Source: Sedimenticolaceae bacterium (GTDB lineage Bacteria; Pseudomonadota; Gammaproteobacteria; Chromatiales; Chromatiaceae). Taken from it: a DNA stretch of 64,000 nt. Position 1 is the stretch's first letter; the number at the start of each line of letters is the position of its first letter. A model generated the notes under the pieces. That model was not told where the DNA came from. It searched no databases and saw only the letters and a program-made list of their open reading frames with translations. Below, one piece after another: positions 58,285 through 64,000 of the stretch. Position numbers and translations under genes: made by a program. Where the stretch lies: positions 2,129-66,128 of the forward strand of contig JBNKCL010000008.1 in assembly GCA_050287725.1 (NCBI GenBank), read 5' to 3'.

Positions 58285-59949
58285 CTACATGTTGGGATAG
58301 TTGGGTCCGCCGCCCCCTTCCGGGGCGCGCCAGACGATGTTCTGGGTCGGGTCTTTGATATCGCAGGTCTTGCAGTGCAGACAGTTCGCCGCATTGATCT
58401 GCAGGCGTGGTTCACCGTTTCCGCCGTCCCGCAAGATCTCATACACCCCCGCCGGGCAGTAGCGCTGTTCCGGGGCGTCGTAGCGAGCCAAATTGACCCG
58501 GATCGCCACTTCCGGATCCTTCAGGGTCAGATGACAGGGCTGATCCTCTTCATGACCGGTGTTGGAGACGAACACGGAGGAGAGACGATCGAAGCTGACG
58601 ACGCCGTCGGGTTTCGGGTAACTGATGGGTTTGCACGCGTCGGCGCGCTTCAGAGTAATGTGATCCGCCGTCCGGTCGTGCAGGGTCAACGGCAGTTTGC
58701 CGCGGAACAGGTTCTGATCGACGAAATTGATAGTGCCGCCGCCCATGATCCCGAAACGGTGCAGCGCCGGACCGAAGTTGCGACTGCGGTAGAGCTCGTC
58801 GTAGAGCCAGGAGTTGCGTACCGCTTCGGCATAGACCTTGAGATCGCCATCCGCCGGCTCCTCTCCCGCCAGTGCCTCGAACACCGTCTCGGCAGCCAGC
58901 ATGCCCGACTTCATGGCGGTGTGACTGCCCTTGATCTTGGCGAAATTGAGGGTGCCCGCATCACAGCCCAACAGCAGACCGCCGGGGAAATGCTGCCGGG
59001 GCAGGGCGTTCAAACCACCCTTGGTGATGGCGCGGGCACCGTAACTCAGGCGCTTGCCCCCTTCCAGCACGCCCCGGATCTCCGGATGTTGTTTGAAGCG
59101 CTGAAACTCCTCGAACGGGGAAAGATAAGGATTGGCGTAGTTGAGATCCACGATCAATCCGAGCGCCACCTGGCCGTCGGCGGCATGGTAAAGGAAGGAG
59201 CCGCCGCTCGCGCCGCTCTCGGAAAGCGGCCAACCGGCACCGTGCAGCACCAGGCCGGGTTTGTGTTTGCCCGGCTCCACCTGCCAAAGCTCCTTGATGC
59301 CCAACCCGTAGTGCTGAGGGTCGCAATCCGCGTCCAACCGGTAGCGCTCGATGAGCTGCCTGCCCAGGTGGCCGCGGCAGCCTTCGGCGAACAGGGTGTA
59401 GCGCCCGCGCAGTTCGATGCCGGGCTCGAACCCCGGCTTCTGTTCGCCCTGCCGGCCCCGGCCCATGTCGCCGGTGACCACCCCTTCCACCCGCCCCGAC
59501 TCGCCGATCAGCAAATCCGCCGCGGGATAACCGGCAAACAGATCGACCCCTGCCTCCTCCGCCTTTTCGCCCAGCCAACGACAGAGGTTCCCCAGGCTCG
59601 CGATGTAGTTACCCCGGTTGTGCATGGTGCGCGGAACAAACGGAGCGGGCATACGCAGCGCGCGCTTGGGACCGGTGAAGAGCATCACCCGGTCTTCCGT
59701 CACCGGCGTATCCAGGGGCGCGCCCTGGGCCTGCCAGTCGGGCAGCAACTCATCCAGGGCCCGGCTCTCCAGCACCGCACCGGAGAGAATGTGGGCGCCG
59801 ATCTCCGAGCCCTTCTCCAGTACGCAGACGGAAAGCTCCCGGGATCGCTGTTGGGCCAGTTGGCGCAAACGAATCGCAGCGGACAGGCCGGCGGGGCCGG
59901 CGCCGACGATCACCACATCGAATTCCATGGTCTCGCGTTCCATACTCAT
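58285..59949 (-). CDS. electron-transfer flavoprotein:ubiquinone oxidoreductase
   Basis: FDVVIVGAGPAGLSAA FAD motif. C-terminal ferredoxin-like CPAGVYE...CLHCKTCDIKDP...W..PEGGGGPNY. Confidence 0.95.
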   Translation of the reverse strand: MSMERETMEFDVVIVGAGPAGLSAAIRLRQLAQQRSRELSVCVLEKGSEIGAHILSGAVLESRALDELLPDWQAQGAPLDTPVTEDRVMLFTGPKRALRMPAPFVPRTMHNRGNYIASLGNLCRWLGEKAEEAGVDLFAGYPAADLLIGESGRVEGVVTGDMGRGRQGEQKPGFEPGIELRGRYTLFAEGCRGHLGRQLIERYRLDADCDPQHYGLGIKELWQVEPGKHKPGLVLHGAGWPLSESGASGGSFLYHAADGQVALGLIVDLNYANPYLSPFEEFQRFKQHPEIRGVLEGGKRLSYGARAITKGGLNALPRQHFPGGLLLGCDAGTLNFAKIKGSHTAMKSGMLAAETVFEALAGEEPADGDLKVYAEAVRNSWLYDELYRSRNFGPALHRFGIMGGGTINFVDQNLFRGKLPLTLHDRTADHITLKRADACKPISYPKPDGVVSFDRLSSVFVSNTGHEEDQPCHLTLKDPEVAIRVNLARYDAPEQRYCPAGVYEILRDGGNGEPRLQINAANCLHCKTCDIKDPTQNIVWRAPEGGGGPNYPNM

Positions 59950-60130
59950 ACCCCGTATCGCCTATTCAGCGTCTATGGTGCAGTGGGACAGCACCGAATC
60001 ATTCAAGCCGCAAATTAACGCGAATCACCGCCAATAGCTGCCAATAACCTGAATCATACATTTGCGTTTATTTGCGCATGATTTGCGTCCACTCGCGGTT
60101 TGATTGACGGCGGTGCCGATCGGCTGCCGC

Positions 60131-61060
60131 TCAATCCAGGCTCGCGATCAACTCCGGCACCGCCTCGAACAGGTCGGCCACCAACCCATAGTCGGCCACC
60201 TCGAAGATAGGGGCCTCCGCATCCTTGTTGATGGCGACGATCACCTTGCTCTCCTTCATACCCGCCAGGTGCTGGATCGCACCGGAGATACCGACGGCGA
60301 TGTAGATCTCCGGCGCCACGATCTTGCCGGTCTGGCCCACCTGGTAGTCGTTGGAGATGAACTTGGCGTCCACCGCCGCGCGCGAAGCGCCCACCGCTCC
60401 GCCCAGCTTGTCCGCCAGCTGTTCGATCAGGGCGAAATTCTCCTTGCTGCCTACGCCCCGGCCGCCGGATACCACCACCCGCGCGGTCGTAAGATCGGGC
60501 CGGTCGGACTGGGTCAGATCCCGCGACACGAATCGGGAGAGGGGTGCGCCGGACACCGGCGATAGAGATTCAATCGGCGCCGCTCCGCCACCCGATTCGG
60601 CAGGCGCGAAAGCGGTTCCGCGTACCGTCATCACCTTGATCGAATCCGTGCTGCGCAGGGTGGCGACGGCGTTGCCCGCGTAGATGGGGCGCTTGAAGGT
60701 GTCGCCATCGACCACCTCGATGACTTCGGATAACTGCGCCACATCGAGCAACGCAGCCACCCGCGGCGTCAGATTCTTGCCAAAGGTGGTGGCCGGCGCC
60801 AGCAGATGACTGTACTCCTTACCGACCGTGGCAATCAGTGCCGCCAACGGCTCGGCCAGGCCCTGCCCATAACTTGCATCGTCGCATAGCAGCACGCGTG
60901 CGACACCCGTCAGGCCCGCGGCCTCACCCGCCACTTCGCCGCAACCTTCACCGGCTACCAGTACCGTTACTTCGCCCAGGTGGGTTCCCGCAGTAACGGC
61001 ATTGCGCGTCGCCGGGCGCAACGCCCCGTTATCGTGTTCCGCAATGACCAGTACGCCCAT
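60131..61060 (-). CDS. etfA: electron transfer flavoprotein alpha subunit
   Basis: VVSGGRG...GASRAAVDA...[28 protein letters not shown]. Confidence 0.95.
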   Translation of the reverse strand: MGVLVIAEHDNGALRPATRNAVTAGTHLGEVTVLVAGEGCGEVAGEAAGLTGVARVLLCDDASYGQGLAEPLAALIATVGKEYSHLLAPATTFGKNLTPRVAALLDVAQLSEVIEVVDGDTFKRPIYAGNAVATLRSTDSIKVMTVRGTAFAPAESGGGAAPIESLSPVSGAPLSRFVSRDLTQSDRPDLTTARVVVSGGRGVGSKENFALIEQLADKLGGAVGASRAAVDAKFISNDYQVGQTGKIVAPEIYIAVGISGAIQHLAGMKESKVIVAINKDAEAPIFEVADYGLVADLFEAVPELIASLD

Positions 61061-61809
61061 CAGAGTACCCTCGCTTCGTTACGCAGTTTGTCCAGCAGCT
61101 CCGCCACGTCGGCTACCTTGACGCCGCCGCTGCGTTTGGGCGGTTCTTCCACCCGCAACAGTTCCAGCCGCGGTCGGATATCGACCCCCAGCTCATCGGG
61201 GGTGACGATCTCCAAAGGCTTCTTCTTCGCCTTCATGATGTTGGGAAGTTTGACGTAGCGCGGCTCGTTAAGACGCAGATCGGCGGTCACCACCGCGGGC
61301 AGCGTCAACGCCAGGGTCTCAAGCCCGCCGTCGATCTCCCGGGTCACCGTCACTTCGCCTTCCGACAACACCACTTGGGAGGCGAAGGTCCCCTGCCCCC
61401 ACCCCAGCAGCGCCGCCAGCATCTGGCCGGTCTGATTGTTGTCGTCGTCGATCGCCTGTTTGCCCATAAGAATCAGATCGGGTTGTTCCCGCTTGACCAC
61501 CGCGGCCAGCAGCTTCGCCACCGCCAGCGGCTGCAACTCCTGGTCGCTTTCCACCAGGATCGCCCGGTCCATACCCATCGCCAGCGCTGTGCGCAAAGTT
61601 TCCTGACAAGCACTCTTACCCAGGGAGACCACCACCCCCTCGTCGGCCTTGCCCGACTCGCGCAAACGCACCGCCTCTTCCACGGCAATCTCGTCAAAGG
61701 GATTCATGGCCATTTTCAGATTGGCCAGCTCGACATCGCTGTTGTCGGCCTTGACGCTGATTTTCACATTGGCGTCGACCACCCGCTTTGCGCAAACAAG
61801 AATCTTCAT
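61060..61809 (-). CDS. etfB: electron transfer flavoprotein beta subunit
   Basis: [12 protein letters not shown]...[11 protein letters not shown]...[25 protein letters not shown] overlap with etfA. Confidence 0.95.
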   Translation of the reverse strand: MKILVCAKRVVDANVKISVKADNSDVELANLKMAMNPFDEIAVEEAVRLRESGKADEGVVVSLGKSACQETLRTALAMGMDRAILVESDQELQPLAVAKLLAAVVKREQPDLILMGKQAIDDDNNQTGQMLAALLGWGQGTFASQVVLSEGEVTVTREIDGGLETLALTLPAVVTADLRLNEPRYVKLPNIMKAKKKPLEIVTPDELGVDIRPRLELLRVEEPPKRSGGVKVADVAELLDKLRNEARVL

Positions 61810-61838
61810 TTATCGCTCCTCATCACCAAGATCGATTC

Positions 61839-63623
61839 TCACCAAGCCTTATCATCAAAAAACATCATGCTATCGCCGCCGGCGGCGATCGCCCGGTAGT
61901 GAGCCTCACTGCGGGGCAGGATGCGCTGCATGAAAAATCGGGCCGTTCTTACTTTGGCGTCGTAGAACAGAGATTCGTCCCCATCCCACCGGGCCAGCCC
62001 GATTTCCGCCATGCGCGCCCACATATAAGCGAGTGCGGTAAGCCCGAAGAGTTGCAGAAAATCCACCGCGCCCGCACCGATCTCCGCCGGACTGGCGGCT
62101 GCGCCCCGGAGGAGGGTTTGCGCCGCACTATCCAACCGGTTTGCCGCCACCGCCAGCGGTGTGGTGAATTCCGCCAGCACGGCATCGCCCTGCCTCTGGT
62201 TTAGATACTCCCGCACGGGATCCAGGAAACGCTTGATCAACCGCTTGTCCGCCATCGGCAGTTTGCGTCCCGCCAGGTCCATCGCCTGCACGCCGTTGGT
62301 GCCCTCGTAGATCTGGCCGATGCGGGCGTCCCGCACCAGTTGTTCCATGCCGTGCTCACGGATATAACCGTGCCCGCCGAACACCTGCACCCCCAGATTC
62401 GCCACCTCGAACCCCGTATCGGTGAAGTAGGCCTTCACCACCGGTGTAAGCAGCGCCACTAACTCGTCGGCCCGTTGCCGCTCTTCCGGATCGGCGGAGT
62501 GGTTGGCGAGGTCAAGCTGTTGCGCCACCCAGACGGAGAGCGCCCGGCAACCCTCCGTCAGGGATCGCATGGTGAGCAGCATCCGGCGCACGTCCGGTTG
62601 CGCGATGAGCGGATCGGCCGGAGCGTTCGGTTGCAACGCACCCAGCGGGGAACGGCCTTGCAGGCGTTCCTGCGCGTAGGCCACGGCGTTCTGATACGCC
62701 GCTTCGGCGATGCCCAGCCCCTGCATACCCACCGCCAGACGTTCCGTGTTCATCATCTTGAACATGGCGCGCATACCTTTGTTCGGCTCGCCCACCAGCC
62801 AGCCTTGGGCGTCATCGAAATTCATAACGCAGGTGGCGGACGCCTTGATCCCCATCTTGTGTTCGATGGCGCCGCACTCGACGCGGTTGGGTTCGCCCAA
62901 ACCCCCTTCACCGTCGGGCAGAATCTTGGGCACCAGGAAAAGGCTGACGCCCTTGATCCCCGCGGGCGCATCCGGCATACGCGCCAGCACCAGATGCACA
63001 ATGTTCTCGGTAAGATCGTGCTCTCCCGAGGTGATGAATATCTTGGTGCCGGTGATGCGGTAGCTGCCGTCCGCCTGGGGCGCCGCGCGCGTGCGCAACA
63101 GGCCGAGATCGGTACCGCAGTGCGGTTCGGTGAGGCACATGGAGCCGCTCCATTCGCCCGAGGCCATGCGGGGAAAATAGAGTTCTTTCAGCGCCGGGTC
63201 GGCATAACCTTCCAGCGCCCCCCAGGCGCCGTTGGTCAGACCGGGATAGAGACTGAAGGAGAGATTGCAGGCACAGATCATCTCGTCGACCAGCATGTGC
63301 AGAGTCTTGGGCAGACCCTGACCGCCATAGTCGGAATCGAAGGCGATGCTGTTCCAACCCGCCTCCACGAAATCCCGATAGGCCTCCCTGTAACCCGCCG
63401 GAGTGGATACCCGCCCCTCCTGCCAATGACAACCCTCTTCGTCACCGCTGCGGTTCAGGGGCAACAGCCGCTCGCTGACGAATCTGCCCGCCTCCTCCAG
63501 AATCGACCCCAGGGTCTCCCGATCCAGTTCCTCGAAACCCGGCAACCGCCGCAGGCTCTCTCCCGGATGGAGTTCATAATAGGCGAACAACATGTCGCGA
63601 ATCGGCGCTCGGTACAATGGCAT
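61839..63623 (-). CDS. large acyl-CoA dehydrogenase (594 aa, paralog 2)
   Basis: ATG at 63623. Collinear with paralog 1 over the full length (LNRSGDEEGCH, CLTEPHCGTDLG, TGTKIFITSGEHDLTENIVHLVLAR). Confidence 0.9.
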   Translation of the reverse strand: MPLYRAPIRDMLFAYYELHPGESLRRLPGFEELDRETLGSILEEAGRFVSERLLPLNRSGDEEGCHWQEGRVSTPAGYREAYRDFVEAGWNSIAFDSDYGGQGLPKTLHMLVDEMICACNLSFSLYPGLTNGAWGALEGYADPALKELYFPRMASGEWSGSMCLTEPHCGTDLGLLRTRAAPQADGSYRITGTKIFITSGEHDLTENIVHLVLARMPDAPAGIKGVSLFLVPKILPDGEGGLGEPNRVECGAIEHKMGIKASATCVMNFDDAQGWLVGEPNKGMRAMFKMMNTERLAVGMQGLGIAEAAYQNAVAYAQERLQGRSPLGALQPNAPADPLIAQPDVRRMLLTMRSLTEGCRALSVWVAQQLDLANHSADPEERQRADELVALLTPVVKAYFTDTGFEVANLGVQVFGGHGYIREHGMEQLVRDARIGQIYEGTNGVQAMDLAGRKLPMADKRLIKRFLDPVREYLNQRQGDAVLAEFTTPLAVAANRLDSAAQTLLRGAAASPAEIGAGAVDFLQLFGLTALAYMWARMAEIGLARWDGDESLFYDAKVRTARFFMQRILPRSEAHYRAIAAGGDSMMFFDDKAW

Positions 63624-63762
63624 GCAGCGGCTCCTCGAGAAGATGGGTCGTCCCGATTCGGTGCCAGGCCGGTGGCAAGCGCGCCGTTTACCCATCCGAT
63701 GGCCGTAGCGGCACCGTCTCGCCAGGGGACGATCGATTTATTATGACGTAGTGGTAATCTAG

Positions 63763-63778
63763 TTGACGTATACGTTAA
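63763..63778. promoter_or_regulatory. second copy of the ACGT-ww-ACGT palindrome (TTGACGTATACGTTAA) in a divergent promoter region
   Basis: On the minus strand: TTGACA (63779-63784), a 17-nt spacer containing TTAACGTATACGTCAA, then TAGATT. One mismatch from a perfect palindrome. Confidence 0.45.
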
Positions 63779-63826
63779 TGTCAACCATCATTACGATGTC
63801 AGTTTCACCACCTGAGGGGTCCATTC

Positions 63827-64000
63827 ATGTCAGAGGCGATCGTCATCACGCACGCAACCCGCACCCCCATCGGGTCGTTCGGCGGGGCGCTCTCCTCCCT
63901 GCCGGCGGCGGATCTCGGCGCCACGGTCATACGGTCACTGTTACAGCAATCCGGTTTGGGGCCGGAGTTGGTGGACGAGGTCGTATTCGGGCAGGTGTTG
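63827..64000 (+). CDS. acetyl-CoA acetyltransferase (thiolase), 5' part running off the window
   Basis: My own translation from the ATG at 63827: MSEAIVITHATRTPIGSFGGALSSLPAADLGATVIRSLL..., a typical thiolase N-terminus. Not in the ORF track because no stop lies inside the window. Confidence 0.8.
   Translation, partial: MSEAIVITHATRTPIGSFGGALSSLPAADLGATVIRSLLQQSGLGPELVDEVVFGQVL

Noticed and set aside
58252-60018. 588-aa ORF antisense to ETF-QO. Similar long antisense ORFs occur at 32894-34528 (topA), 21111-22568 (trkA), 62475-63746, 41245-42363, 9956-11086, 29719-30801, 27007-28053, 22717-23724, 45790-46788 and 49773-50906.
   Set aside because: Each one mirrors a well-supported gene on the other strand and shows Arg/Pro/Gly/His-rich composition. 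All are treated as GC-driven shadow ORFs.

Overview
The window reads as a high-GC chromosomal segment. Spot counts of single 60-nt lines give about 58-72% GC in the flanks. It most likely comes from a sulfur-oxidising gammaproteobacterium. That call is an inference from aprBA plus qmoB-hdrC-hdrB and from two conserved gene orders: def-fmt-rsmB-(DUF4390-ntrYX)-trkA and lysM-dprA-smg-topA-tsaC.

I support about 65 protein-coding genes. From left to right they are:
- The 3' part of a qmoB-like gene with soluble hdrC/hdrB-like partners, and an HD-GYP protein.
- A roughly 5.7 kb lower-GC island (4.2-9.9 kb) of ten co-oriented small orphan genes. Several are lipoproteins or secreted proteins. There is no integrase, tRNA or recognisable att site.
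- A bifunctional aldolase/SDR gene and glk.
- aprBA, flanked by a long YkgJ-type Cys-cluster protein with a C-terminal di-cysteine tail and by a divergent thioredoxin-fold/HEAT protein.
- Two tandem genes for basic secreted proteins that share a duplicated leader and signal-peptide module.
- The housekeeping block running from trkA to tsaC.
- A perR-like / ferritin-like / desulforubrerythrin / zupT string.
- hemB-aroE and a LemA-GIDE pair.
- An 18 kb lipid and beta-oxidation supercluster (45.3-64 kb): CHI-like, KAS III, fadL, fadD, SDR, thioesterase, two paralogous 594-aa acyl-CoA dehydrogenases, fadB-like, two thiolases, a MerR/LiuR-like regulator, DUF2889, ETF-QO and etfAB.

Non-coding signals are:
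- Two 16-bp TTrACGTwwACGTCAA palindromes in promoter position.
- A family of about 110-bp CACAGAG-type inverted-repeat elements, two of which bracket the ykgJ-like gene.
- A nested inverted-repeat element between tsaC and zupT.
- An orphan minus-strand terminator preceded by stacked hairpins, which is a candidate sRNA.
- A Fur/PerR-like box.

I found no rRNA, tRNA, CRISPR array, transposase or integrase. All family assignments come from motif recognition by eye, and no database search was run. The many long ORFs antisense to real genes are treated as GC-rich shadow ORFs.
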